In this document: positions 25,199 through 38,446 of the stretch, piece by piece
Numbering within the stretch: position 1 is the stretch's first letter
Layout of the letters: the number at the start of each line of letters is the position of its first letter
Assembly: GCF_022045235.1 (NCBI RefSeq)
Contig: NW_027266267.1
Coordinates: forward strand, 25,668,001-25,732,000
From: Haliotis cracherodii
Taxonomy: Eukaryota
Length of the DNA: 64,000 bases
Direction of reading: 5' to 3'
Program-made: the position numbers and the translations under genes
The notes under the pieces: generated by a model
Databases searched by the model: none
What the model was told of the DNA's origin: nothing
The model's input: the letters and a program-made list of their open reading frames with translations, nothing else

Positions 25199-28154
25199 AT
25201 GCGTGCCGCCCATATCGTGACATGGCTGTTCTTCTGTCTGCCGTTGGTGCAATGCGACGAGACTATCACCATCTTTCCCGAGTTGCTGAAGATTGGAGAT
25301 GGTGTTAACTTTGACCATGGACGCTGGAACGGCAAGAACGTCCTTGACAACATCGTCGATGATATTGCACGTGTCAAACAAATAGGAGCAACGACGGCCA
25401 GATGGGTGAAAGCCGAGGGTTCGGGCGGTGTCTTTGAGCACGTAAGGTCTATAGAAACTGTATAACACTCTGAATACCAGTATTGTCCTATGGCGTAATG
25501 TGTAAGAAATTGTCTGTAGTTATGTGGTGAGTGAGTGAGTGAATTGCGGTGCCTTAAGCAATTCAACCGTCAGTACCCCGTGAGAACAATGAGAACCCAC
25601 ATGTGTCACACATATAAATACAGCCTTACAGACCTTTGGCCTCATAAATCATAAAACATATAAAACGTTTATCGAAGGTTATTGGTAGTTGTCGGTAGTT
25701 GTCGGTAGTTATCGGTAGTTGTCGGTAGTTGTCGGTAGTTATCGGTAGTTGTCGATAGTTGTCGGAAGGGAACGACCGTTTAAATATCCAACTGGTTGTA
25801 TCTTTGTTTGAGATATATGTTTGTTTTCTGTCACTGGTTCAAAACAAACTACGTGGCAAAGGAAAGTAAACACCAATGTCTGAGGGTGGCTACAAACGAA
25901 CAAAAATGATGCATTTTGATACAACTGAAATTGTGTTGCTGAAATCCTATTTGTCAGCAAATATTTTGTATATACAGTTAACTATCTCCTCCTGTTTCCG
26001 CACCCACAACCCCACATCCAAACTATCATCTTGTAATCGATGCATGCAGTTTACAAATGCAGGTACGGACAAATAACAGTGAAACCCCACATGCTTACGA
26101 TAGAGTCGAAATCGTCAATTGATTTCTGATGAAAATGGAAAGGGTTTTATTTCTTCTATTTACTAACTAGGATTATAACGTTTCGTTTATCTGTCCAGGC
26201 AACGGAAAACCCCCACAGGAAGGGATATCCCGACCCTGCCTACTTCGATTCCCAAAAAGGGCAATTCGCACAAAAATACTTGGCCAACATGCAAGGATAC
26301 GGCCAGCCGGAAATGGTCATGATGACGTCAGGTGAAAATGCCCCAATTATATTCACAAAACTTCATAACTGCCATCAGTGTGACGAGTGAACGCTTTAAC
26401 CACCAGACCACTAGGCCATCCAACTTCCCCTACAGCCAAGTAAAGTTACTGGTTAGAATTGTCCTCATCAATCCATGCTTGTTGTAAGAGGCGACTAACG
26501 GGATTGGGTGGTCAGGCTTGCTGACTTGGTTGATGCATGTTATCGTATCCCAATTACGTAGAAAGATGGTCATGATGTCAATCAGTGGATTGTCTGGTCC
26601 TGATTCCGTCATAAAGATGGAGCTCAGAGTGCGGAGTTCAACAAACAATCAAATAAATATTATTCCCTTACACGGATTTAAAAACCAGCAAGCTTACAAA
26701 CTTGTTACCTATAATGTATGTATTTACAGGGAAGCTTTGGCCACACTGGATAGATAAATCCCACCACAAGGGGTTGTTTCCCAACAATATCGATGCTGCT
26801 GCAGAGTTTGAGTATCTTCTCATCGACGCTGTAGACAGAGGAACCAAAGGAACCCTTCCATTATTCTTTGAAGTCATCAACGAACCAGATGGCAAGTATG
26901 CCAGCACAAATTGGTCGACATTCATCTCATACCACGAAGTGACAGCTAAGAAAATCAAATCGAAATATCCACAAATCATAGTGGGAGGGCCCACGTATAC
27001 AGGCGCATCTTCTAGTTATGACGCCAATGGATTCAGGGTCTGGAGCAAGATGGCTGACTTCATGGACATGGCTCTGGACCATCTCGACTTTTTCTCCTTT
27101 CACTCCTACGCTGGCCTCGACGTTCACGGAGGCGCTCACCAGTTCCATGCTTCTGAAGCAAAGTTGTTTGGTCTTCTTGACCTTATTGAGAGTTATGCCC
27201 ATAAGAAGAAAGGAAAATCGTTCGATGTAATCATCAGTGAATTTGGCATGGGAGTATATCGGGGTTGGATGAACAGAAACCATCCCCTTTCATTGACTGG
27301 GGTCATATCTATCAACACAACGACCAAATGTTTACCTTCCTTCAACGTCGTGATGTGATGAGAAAGGTTGTTGCTTTCTTGCTGACCTACACTGAGCTTG
27401 AAGGACAAGCAAGCATCAACTACAGTTTGTTTGACAAGCACCACAACGTTAGGGATGTTGCTGATGCTTTCAAGTTCTGGATGAACTTCCGCAATGCGAT
27501 GATGTTTTTGAGGGTGGACAGTCAGTTCCACAACGGTGAGAGAAACATTGTGCCACTGTTTATATCCTTCTTCATAATCATGACCAAAAGCCCACGCGCG
27601 TGAAACTAAATTTTGACAAAGGTTGGCTCCATCCGACAAGTGGAAAGTCCACCTGTGAATATCTGAACTCACAGAAGAAACCAATCCTAGCTAAGGACCA
27701 ATCAGTTCACGTCACTAACTCCATGGTAACTGTTCCTGCTGAAGCGAGTTGTTACTTCCAGTTCCACACAAACCACAACTTTGCCCATGCTCCGACTGTG
27801 ACCCAGAACACCTACTACTCCACCGACATGGTAGTCCCCATTCACAACACCGTCGTCGATGTTAAAGTAAACGTCCCGAACATTGGCAACATTGACTTTG
27901 TTCGTCTGAGGATCAGTCTCAGCAGAGACAGCAAGGCCACTCACGGACCTCCAAAGACGATCATGATGAACAATCACCCCTTGACCTCCTTCTACTCCCT
28001 CCAGGCTGGCCATTCCAGTTCCACAGTGTTTGAGACCTACGAGTATGACGTCAGTGCCAGCATCGTACGACAACACAGCAACGATGTCAAGATTACCTTT
28101 GCTCAGAGTGGAGGCTTTGTGTCTACCATCGCATTAGTAGTAGGCAGACTCTGA
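25199..28154 (+). pseudogene. GH86 paralog A3, frameshifted pseudogene
   Basis: Exons 25199-25441, 26199-26331, 26730-28154. A -1 frameshift at ~27251 (atgggagt vs atggggagt) and a 28-bp deletion at ~27555 disrupt exon 3. Confidence 0.85.
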
Positions 28155-28954
28155 ATTATTTTTCTGTACGCTCATTATTCTTCATGGCAATGCATTCGAT
28201 AGACAAAACAATTACAACCACTTTATGAATAAAGTCAAAGATGCAAAATTATCTTTAATGTTATTTCTAGTACAGTAGGTACATTATGGCTCATCAGTGA
28301 GCGAGTAAATGTGGGATTTATGTAGACTTGAACGATGTGTTAGTTAGAGCATATGTCACTTCAGATCCTCAGTGATGCAGGTAGTAAACATTGACCACTT
28401 TTGTGGATCCCAAGAGCATGTTACTTGAAAACCAAGCATCAAGGACTCGAACCAACGTAAGAGACGTAACTCTGCTCAGGTCACCGTGGAGCCTCACGCT
28501 GTGCACCCACATCTCAAACCCACGTTCTGAGCATATGGACAGCTGCTGTGTCAATATCATCAAGATAATACAGATTTAAGAAGTCGTAGAGTATCATTCG
28601 ATGGCATAACAACATAACAACCTTGAATGTTATTTAAGTTATGTGGTATGCTGGTGGTATGCCGGTGAGTGTATGTATCACGTTTTTTCTGAGCCAGACC
28701 AAATGTATTTTCAATTTAATTGAAATTTCGGTTTCAAGATGACTTCTCTTCTCATGCAGAATCCTGTTTAGAAATGCCATCTTCGTCTTTTAGAGGACAT
28801 ACTGTAATTAGTATTTCTTAACTGGTATATTTAGTTACAGAATGCATACACATTTACGTAGTGTATTTAAATGTTAGGAGTGTAGCTTAGTAGAGACAAC
28901 TGCGTATATAACATGGAATACGGTAACTATTATAAACGACTATACAAAAGTACG

Positions 28955-30013
28955 TGGTACATCAGACAGAGTATACAGAAACAGATGGTACATGATACAG
29001 ACTATACAGAAACACACGGTACATGATACAGACTGTACAGAAATAGGCGGTAAATGATACAGACTATACAGAAACACACGGTACATGATACAGACTATAC
29101 AGAAACACTCGGTACATGATACGGACTATACAGAAACACACGGTACATGATACAGACTATACAGAAACACACAGTACATGATACAGACTATACAGAAACA
29201 CACGGTACATGATACAGACTATACAGAAACACACGGTACATGATACAGACTATACAGAAACACACGGTACATGATACAGACTATAAAGAAACACACGGTA
29301 CATGATACAGACTATACAGAAACACACGGTACATGATACAGACTATACAGAAACACACGGAACATGATACAGACTATACAGAAATAGACGGTACATGATA
29401 CAGACTATACAGAAACACACGGTACATGGTACAGACTATACAGAAACACACGGTACATGATACAGACTATACAGAAACACACGGTACATGATACAGACTA
29501 TACAGACACACAAGGTACATGATACAGACTATAAAGAAACACACGGTACATGATACAGACTATACAGACACACAAGGTACATGATACAGACTATACAGAA
29601 ACACACGGTACATGATACAGACTATACAGAAACACACGGTACAGGATACAGACTATACAGAAACACACGGTGCATAATACAGACTATACAGAAACACACG
29701 GTACGTGATACAGACTATACAGAAACACACGGTACATGATACAGACTATACAGAAACACACGGTACATGATACAGACTATACAGAAACACACGGTACATG
29801 ATACAGACTATACAGAAACACACGGTACATGATACAGACTATACAGAAACACACGGTGCATGATACAGACAATACAGAAACACACGGTACATGATACAGA
29901 CTATACAGAAACACACGGTACATGATACAGACTATACAGAAACACACGGTACATGATACAGACTATACAGAAACACACGGTACATGATACACACTATACA
30001 GAAACACACGGTA
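28955..30013. repeat. 31-bp minisatellite (ACACACGGTACATGATACAGACTATACAGAA)n, ~34 copies
   Basis: Visible head-to-tail tandem units with no unique spacers. Confidence 0.95.
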
Positions 30014-30520
30014 CTGTGCTCGGACCAGCCAGTGATGCCAATCAACATCTGCAAAGACCCAGAAGATAAAGTACGTATCGTCATTTGTTATTAATTGGGG
30101 CCTGGCAGTTTTGTTTGTGAGAAAATGTTTGTCAGCTCTTAAAAACACACAGTTTGTTTCACTGAAAAGAAGAGCCAAACAAAGTCAATTTAACTCGCGT
30201 CACTTAATACTTAACAACACCTGAGGACAATAACTTTTTTCATTATTTTCGTGTACAGGATTAATGTATTTTAAGTCCCTGCCAGCCTTGTCTTTGTTCC
30301 TTGAGACTGTTACTACGTATGCGTGGGGATCAAACTAGAAAACTTGAGCAATATGCTCTGTTATTCTGAATACTGAAGATGAAATTGGTGTTGATGGATC
30401 CTAACGTAATATTAAATTAGTCGGTTTGAGGTTTTGAACAGGTTCTGTTTATATAAAGTGTAAATATAAATATGTCAAAAATTTGGATTTTTTGGTCAAT
30501 ACCAACACGGCGAATGTTGC
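30014..30520 (-). pseudogene. Inverted relic of type-C GH86 intron 2 and the start of exon 3
   Basis: Reverse strand reads ...gtctttgcag|ATGTTGATTGGCATCACTGGCTGGTCCGAGCACA, homologous to 6261-6306; the adjoining sequence matches ~5850-6260. Confidence 0.75.
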
Positions 30521-30959
30521 TGCTTTTGCACTCGGCACTCTATCTTCATTACGGGGATCTGTAAATAATCAAGTCTAGACCAGATAAACCAGTGATTAAC
30601 ATCACGACCAGAACTTCGCCATTGGGATAAGATGACATGCATTAACCACCTCAGCTAGTCTGACCACCCGATCTCCCCAGGCACCTCTAACGACAAGCAT
30701 GGGTTGCTGAAGACCAATTCTAAACCGTACCTTCACGGGGATGTCGGGGAATTGGGATGGCTTTGCGGGCGAGTGGTCTGGTGGTAAAAGCGTTTGTAAA
30801 TGTCCTCCACACGTCTGTCATAAACCCTACTAATCCGGATGATGTTCCAAAATGTTCTGAAGGTGGAGCACAGCTGCAATAACGAGGTCCGGACTATCGG
30901 GGTTTCACTGTTATTTTTGGACACCTGTATTTGCCAACTGCATGCTTCGATCATAATAT

Positions 30960-30963
<4 letters not shown>

Positions 30964-31041
<78 letters not shown>

Positions 31042-31048
31042 GTGTGTG
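30964..31048. repeat. (GT)n microsatellite
   Basis: Direct observation. Confidence 0.95.
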
Positions 31049-32822
31049 GGTAGTGGTGTATAAGGCTGAAACAAACAAAATAACTGTTGGCTGAAATGTG
31101 TGTTGAATAAGTTTAATTTGATCCCTCCTCTCAGAGACAAAATGGTATACTGTGGACAAAAGTGCTTACTTACATGATGGATTTGACAAAAGGTATGAAA
31201 CATATCCACATTGAATAACCATAATAGTCCCTTCGGTGTTCACTGAATCACAGAAACTGTATTAACTAACATAACAAAGTTATACAATATTTTCTTATAT
31301 ATGTTTTCTTATCTCACGGTACATAGAGACGACCGAAAGACTAAACATTTGTTCATCTGTATTCAATATATTATTTATTTCAAATGTAACAAAAGTGAGT
31401 GACCCTCTTCATTTGAGCAATGAATCTCCCCGTACCGATAATGATCGAACGATCCGAGACTCATATTCTCCAAACGACCAGCTGTTCCCTCACCTGACGT
31501 AAATTAAGTCTGTAGACGCACAGATAGTATCTTTTGTTGACGATCAAGTGCCGTGTTTCTAATTCTCTCGGCAAACATCTGCAGCAGTCCGTCGGATTAC
31601 ATCGAGTCCGTCCGTCAAACTAAGATTGACGCAATATCCGAGGATTGGAAGAGGATGCCAATAGTCTGAATGCAGAATTGAAGACGTGTCCAACAGTTAA
31701 CATGGTATGGATTAGTGTTTGGGTCAAGTGATGGCTACTATTTTCTGGCGTGAATATGGAGATATATATATTTAGCATTGAACTTGGAAACAGGTAAGTT
31801 ATACATTCACATCATCTTCTGATATTTTTGAGAATCATAAGTCTTTTTTACTTGAATAACAGTCGAGATTCAACTGTGTGTTGATAGTTTTTATCTGTCT
31901 AAACTGCAGACAAAAGAGAGTATAGATTCGAAAATTGGATTTGACCAACAAATTAGAAACGTTAACTTAACAATAGAAGACCGAAAATAGTCGCCGAAAC
32001 ATTGCAAACTTAAGTTCCTAAACACATCTACACCCGTATCAAAGACATCATCATCGAATAACCATTTCTAATGTATTTCATTTGTATCCGCCTTCAAACA
32101 TGGGTGTATACTTTGTTTTGCCCTGCAGGTTTGTTTCATGTTGATATAATCAAATTGAAATTCCTGCTTTCCGATTAGCTGAATTGGTCACGTGTTATTT
32201 CATTCATTTCCCAGGTTTGTTTCATGTTAATAACGTTATGATTATAACAACTTTTGCGGTGACGATGTTTGGTGCATTATACATGAAAAAATCAGAAATG
32301 ATTATTTTATGAATAATAGTGTGACGATCATGTATAAAAGTGAGTGGCTTAAAAGCCCATTTGAACAGTATTTCAGTTTTATCACGGCACGTGAGTGAGT
32401 GAGTGACTTTGATTAACACCTCTTTGAATAGTGTATAAGAGTATAATTTCTAAAAGTTCGAATGATCCACCGTTTCCTTCAGAACTTCCTACATATAAAT
32501 GTGACCATGTCATAAATCCAATTTTGCTAATCTTTTAGTGATCAAAGTCGATCGCTAGTTTTAAGCAAATTCGGATAATTTCTATTTCACAGTTCTTTGC
32601 AACAAGATAGCATGACATTCCAACTTGACCAAACTGGACCCGTCTAGGAATGATTAAATGCCACTTGACGTCACTGCTCTGTCTGTTCCAGGATCCATAA
32701 GTTACAAACTGACCTCATGTCACTGGAATAGTGTGGAGTGCGGCGTTAAACAAAAAACAGAACAAAACACTTGAATATTGATTGACTGTGCCTTGTCATC
32801 TACACCCAGCCGCCTGAGCAGG

Positions 32823-33899
32823 ATGAGACTGATACAGAGGTTCCTCTTCCTATTCCTCACCTTCATCCTCGTGATGTCGATGTTCCGAATACTCAACAAC
32901 CCCAGCTCACCTCAAAGCAACAGATACCATCTTCTAACTCCCAACAAGGATATAGCCTTCGGCCTTCGAGACTCAGAGTCGGTGCCAAAATTGTCAAAAT
33001 CTGACTCAAACAATCCCACATGCATAGAACGTAGCATCTGTAAGATTGAAAGACAAAATGGAGTGGATGTTTATCATTACACTCGCCATTACGAGTTCTA
33101 TTTTAACTTGACCAGACGGGTGCGGTATGGTGTCGATGTTAGCCATGACGATGAAGTTGTACCGAGGATTGTGCACTTTACGTGGATCAAAGACGTCAAC
33201 AAGACCTTCAGATTCCATCACCTCATCTCCTTAATGGCGGCACAAAGGTTCACCACACCCAATCGGATCTATTTCTGGCATGACGAACTTCCGGATGGGA
33301 AATACTGGAACGAGGCTCTTCGGGTGATAAAGTGCATGTATCTCGTCCACAGAGAAAGAATCACGCAGATCTGGGGTCAACCTCTATTCCTTCCGGTTCA
33401 TGTGTCGGATGTGATGCGTCTGGAAGCACTGATGGAGTATGGCGGCATGTTCTTTGACCTTGACGCCATTGTTGTAAACAACGTTGACCCTTTATTAAAG
33501 TATGACGTCACAATGGGTCATGCTGCATGGTATATTTTAGCCAATGGAATCCTTTTTTCAAAACCTTGGGCCGATTTCTTGATGGTATGGTATGAAACAT
33601 ATTCAAACTTCAAACAAGACTATCAAACGAATTCGAATATAATACCGAATGTCATATCCATGCGGATCCCAAATCTTATTCATGTAGAAAATAACACTCT
33701 GTGCCGTCCTAACTATGGCGAGAGATCATATCTGTTCCAAGAAGGCGTCCTGTGGGACTGGCGAAGAAAGAACTATGTTGTACATCTTTACATGCGGGCC
33801 TACGAGGCGGAAGGATATCCAGCACTGAGTCCAGAAAACATAAAATTTATAAACAACACAGTATCTGAAATAGCCAGGTACATTTACTATGAAATGTAA
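32823..33899 (+). CDS. GT32-like DXD glycosyltransferase (alpha-1,4-GlcNAc/Gal transferase-like), type II membrane protein, ~358 aa
   Basis: Single coding exon after acceptor tacacccag (32809). N-terminal TM anchor RFLFLFLTFILVMSMF; VPRIVHFTW, HVSDVMRLEALMEYGGMFFDLD (DXD), LANGILFSKP and YVVHLY motifs. Possible 5'UTR exon donor (cag|gtaagt) near 31793. Confidence 0.85.
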   Translation: MRLIQRFLFLFLTFILVMSMFRILNNPSSPQSNRYHLLTPNKDIAFGLRDSESVPKLSKSDSNNPTCIERSICKIERQNGVDVYHYTRHYEFYFNLTRRVRYGVDVSHDDEVVPRIVHFTWIKDVNKTFRFHHLISLMAAQRFTTPNRIYFWHDELPDGKYWNEALRVIKCMYLVHRERITQIWGQPLFLPVHVSDVMRLEALMEYGGMFFDLDAIVVNNVDPLLKYDVTMGHAAWYILANGILFSKPWADFLMVWYETYSNFKQDYQTNSNIIPNVISMRIPNLIHVENNTLCRPNYGERSYLFQEGVLWDWRRKNYVVHLYMRAYEAEGYPALSPENIKFINNTVSEIARYIYYEM

Positions 33900-34104
33900 A
33901 TAGGAAATATTTAAAACATAATATCTGAATCATTTCCTCAACTATGTCCCGTTTACTGTCTGTACAGGAAATTGTGATTTGATCAAAACGCAAATCAGGA
34001 ATAGGTGTTGCGTATTCTTAAACGTTTTACTTTTAGCAGATATTTCTTATGAATAGGGAAAGGGTTTCGCCTTATTTACATGATGTGACTCGTAGGTGAT
34101 AGTG

Positions 34105-34250
34105 AACCAATCCGTTCTGTCCATTCCTGTCGCCCGTGGTCTAAATGAGTAACTTTGCCACTCTTAAGAATTTCGGGGTAATGGCAATTGTACTCACATC
34201 GTGCACGTGTAAGAATAGAAACGGAAAGCGTCATTCATTTAAGTTCTATT
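34105..34250 (-). pseudogene. GH86 exon-1 relic with duplicated upstream region
   Basis: Reverse strand reads MTLSVSILTRARCEY..YPEILKSGKVTHLDHGR. Region 34250-34660 matches the upstream region of G6 (~39930-40380). Confidence 0.75.
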
Positions 34251-36270
34251 CCTTTCACGATATATCGCCTCACTAACAAATGGATCAGTCAACAAGTCTG
34301 AATGCAATGCGGAGATATTCGAGACCTTTGTTATCCAATCTGTTTTCCCAATCCTGACAGTATAGAAATATAAGGTTAAAAAGGTGAAGTTATTGTTAAT
34401 TGTATCTGCTATAACCAAGACGCCTGTGTAATATTAAATAAAATATGCATATTATCATATAAATAAATGAAACATTTTCCGTTCCTAGTATTTCAGATAA
34501 GACGTACCACGTGAGAGATATCTTGATCAGCGTGAAAACATTATAAGTGGGATTGATCCACTGCACCGGAACATCAAGTACTCATGTGTACCAGTTAAGG
34601 CAAAGTCGAAAATTGCCGTTGTTTCTCATTTGTTTTTTTCCTGAATTATATCAGTTTTATTTGCTTGTTTGTTTGTTTGTTTGTTCTTTAACGCCGCACT
34701 CAGAAATATTCAAGCTATATGACATCGCTCTGTAAAATAATCGAGTCTGAACCAGACAATCCAGTGACAATCCAAGCAATTGGGATCGATGACATGCATC
34801 AACCATGTCAGCGAGCCTGACCAAGCGATCCCGTTCGTCGCCTTTTACGACAAGCATAGTCGCCTTTCACAGCAAGCATGGGTTAAAATACGGATTGTAC
34901 TGATTACTTCGTCAATGAATTATCTGGCATTACTATAACCAGGTTCAAATATCGCGATTTTGTCAGTTGCATCAACCAGCTTAGTGTAGTAAAACCAACG
35001 CTCTAAACCTACGGTGTGACAATATAAGCAATAATATAAAGGCTGATGTGATTTAGTTGCACTAGTGCTGACTACGGCCACAATTATACAATATAAGATA
35101 ATATAAGATATAGTATAAGTTGTAGGAGTAGCAAGGGAGGTACTTGCATAAAACCCCAAGTACCCCGAGTGATACTACTGCAACAAATGTATCTTACCGA
35201 CATGTTTCACTCCGTCATTTGAAAGAATTAAAACAAATTCAAACTTGACAGAAATCTACCGCTCGAAAATCCACGTGTCGTCTTCGTGGCGGGGTATGAC
35301 GCATTTATTCTCCCGCTCAGAAATTTATTTCCCTCTTTATCAAGATCACGTGATACAATCAGATGTCATCATTCTGACGTGGAGGTACGCTCAGAAAGTT
35401 TATAATGCATTTTTAGAGGCGTAGACACAATAAGTTATTGAAAGGAACGTTTTACAGACTAGCGGCCGTTGAAATAGGCTTATTCTAGGAGTAATCCCTC
35501 CACACAGTAAAAAAAAGCACAACCACATTTTTCTTCACAAGATGTCATTTAGGCATTTGAAGATGCTGGTGGTTGTGATTTCTTTGGTGGCAGACATGTT
35601 TTTGGTGGTAAAATGCACAACTGTGTGTCAAAATTAAGTAAATGAAATAAATGGCTCTAAAATAGTTAGTTTGCATATTGCAAAGCTCATCTTATCACAA
35701 AATCAGTGTGCTGAATTAGGAAACCTACAATAGAACAAATAAACGATTAGCAAAATTGTTTAAGTCGAGTTATGGCCTCAAATGTGTCAAAGACAGTAAA
35801 ATCACCCATTATTCATTTTTAAATCATTACAAAACTATAGATAATGTAAACTCCATATTGACACTCTGGTCATGTGATATCTCAAAATCTGCCTGAATGC
35901 TTTAGGAGCTAATACAAAAATCCAGGATTACTATAGGTATTATATAAAAAAAAGTAAATGTAAATGTTAATATATTATGAATGAAACACTTGAATAGAAA
36001 CAAACTACAAACTAATTTTAAAGCCATGGGTAAAAACATGTTTGATGGTTAATCATATTATCGAATAGTGTCATAACTTGGTATGTACCATACTGGTTTT
36101 AGAATGGCCCTTTTGAAAATTGTCTGCCATAACTGTCTTTGGCCTAATTAAAATATATTGTACTAACTAGAAATCTTTGCTGGTCACTGAAGTAACCCTG
36201 TGCCAAGTTTCACAAGTTATATGTTTTGATGAGATTTATTCAGCTATGCGTTTCCGGACAGAAATCACCC

Positions 36271-38411
36271 TCAGTGACTCCCAACGATCACTGCCACAGT
36301 AGACAGATAACCCCCAGCTTCAGAGAAGCTAAGTTTGACGTCATTGTTGTGTTGGTGTAGCATGTTGTTGGGGACGTTGTACTCAAAGACCTCCCATATA
36401 GTGTCTTCATTAGGGCCGTTGTGGGTTTGCAGAGAGTAGAAGGACGTCAAGGTGTGCGTGTTAACAACCACCGTCTTTAGTTTCTGATGGGGAGACTTCA
36501 TGCTGAAACTGACACTAACTCTCAGACGAACAAAGTCAATATTTCCAACGGGCGGGACGTTAACTTTAACATCGACGACGGTGTTGTGAATGGGGACTAC
36601 CATGTCGGTGGAGTAGTAGGTGTTCTGTGTCACAGTCGGAGCATGGGCAAAGTTGTAGGTTGTGTGGAACTGGAAGTAACAACTCGCTTCAGCAGGAACG
36701 GTTACCATGGCGTTAGTGACGTGAACTGGTGTGTCTGTATCTAGAGTTGGTTTCTTCTGTGCGTTTAGATATTCACAGGTGGACTTTCCACTTGTCGGAT
36801 GGAACCAACCTTTGTCAAAATGTAGCGTCACATGATTTGGCTTTTGGTCATTGTTATGGAGAAGAATGCTGAGGCTGCCGTTCCTTTGATCAACTAAAAC
36901 GTGGGGTACAATCTTCCTCTCAGCATTATGGAACTGACTGTCTACTCGCAAGTATGTCATTGTGTTATGGAAGTTCTTCCAGAACTTGAAAGCTTGCGCA
37001 ATGTCCCTCTCGTTGTGGTTTTTGTCAAGGATGCTGTAGTTAATGCTTGCCTGCCCTTTAAGTTCAGTATATGTGAGCAGGAAAGCCACCGCTTTTCTCA
37101 TGACATCCCGACGTTGAAGAAAGGTGAATATCTGGTAATTATGTTGATAAATATACGCCCAGTCAAGAAAGGTGGATGGTTTCTGTACATCAATTCCTGT
37201 TAATGGCCCAAGACCAAATTCACTGACAATGACGTTGAACTGGGTACCTTTCTTCTTATGAGAGTAGCTCTCAACTAGATCTAGAAGACCAAATATCTTT
37301 GCTTCGGAATTCCTATGGAAATGATGCGACCCTCCTGTTACATCCATATTTGTGTAGGAATGAAACGAAAAGAAATCTAGGTGCGTCAGAGCCATGTCCA
37401 GAAACTCTGCTACTCTCTTCCAAATCCGGAAGTCATAACGGTCAAAATGAGAAGAGGCTCCAGTTAAGGTTGGACCTCCAATCTTCATATTGGGATATTT
37501 TACCTTAATTTTCTGAGCAACAGCCAAGTGAAATTTGACATAGGTAGTCCAATTTGTGTTCTTGCCTTGAGCATCTGGTTCATTAATAACTTCGAAGAAC
37601 TGAGGTGGTTTTCCGTTGGTTCCTTTGTTGACTGCGTCGATCAGCAAGAAGACGAACTCGGCTGCAGCATCGATGTTGTTAGGGAAGAATCCGTGGTGGG
37701 CTGAGGTGTCAAGCCAGTGAGGCCAATTCAAACCTGGATTAAAAAAACCCATTTGATAACAACAGCAAAATATGGGTGTAGTTCAACTTGTTCAAAGCCC
37801 GGTTGCAATATATCAGTGACAAGGTAAACACTGTCGACTCAATAGTGTGGATACAAATATGCTGAGTATGAGCACATATTCTATTTTTTGTTTTTATATA
37901 AAAAACAACAACATTAATGCAATCTGCCACCACCAATTCCCCAAAAACGGAGAGCAGGTTGTTGGTGGTTTATTTCCATGGCCGTTTCAACCAAAAAGAT
38001 GGTACTTGTTGTTACCCTGTCAGGCGCTCGGAGTCGTGAGTGGGATATTCATGTTCAAATGCAGCAAGTACGGACTAGCACAAGCAGCCACACAAACACG
38101 TGCATGCTATGTTATTGATCATCTCATTCAAAAAGAATAGCCGACCACTTCCTTAGTCCAGTGGACAGAGCGTCCACCCGGAGAGCGGCAGGTCGTGGGT
38201 TCGATCCAAGACAGCGCCATACCATAAGACGTTAAAAGATGGTACTTGTTACCCTGCCTAGTGCTCGACATTAAGGTGCTTAAACAAGGACTGATCGGAT
38301 CATAGTCAGTATACTGTGTCTGTGTGGGGTTTTCATGTTAAACTGCGGCTTGGTATATCAGTGGGCTAACACCATAAAAAATCGGCATTAGTCCGGACTA
38401 ATAAAAGTAGC

Positions 38412-38446
<35 letters not shown>

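Noticed and set aside
28955-30013. Possible CRISPR array (31-bp repeats)
   Set aside because: Head-to-tail units with no unique spacers, no cas genes, eukaryotic context; it is a minisatellite.
30733-31209. His/Thr-repeat ORFs (also 46741-47046)
   Set aside because: Translations of (GT)n/(CA)n microsatellites.
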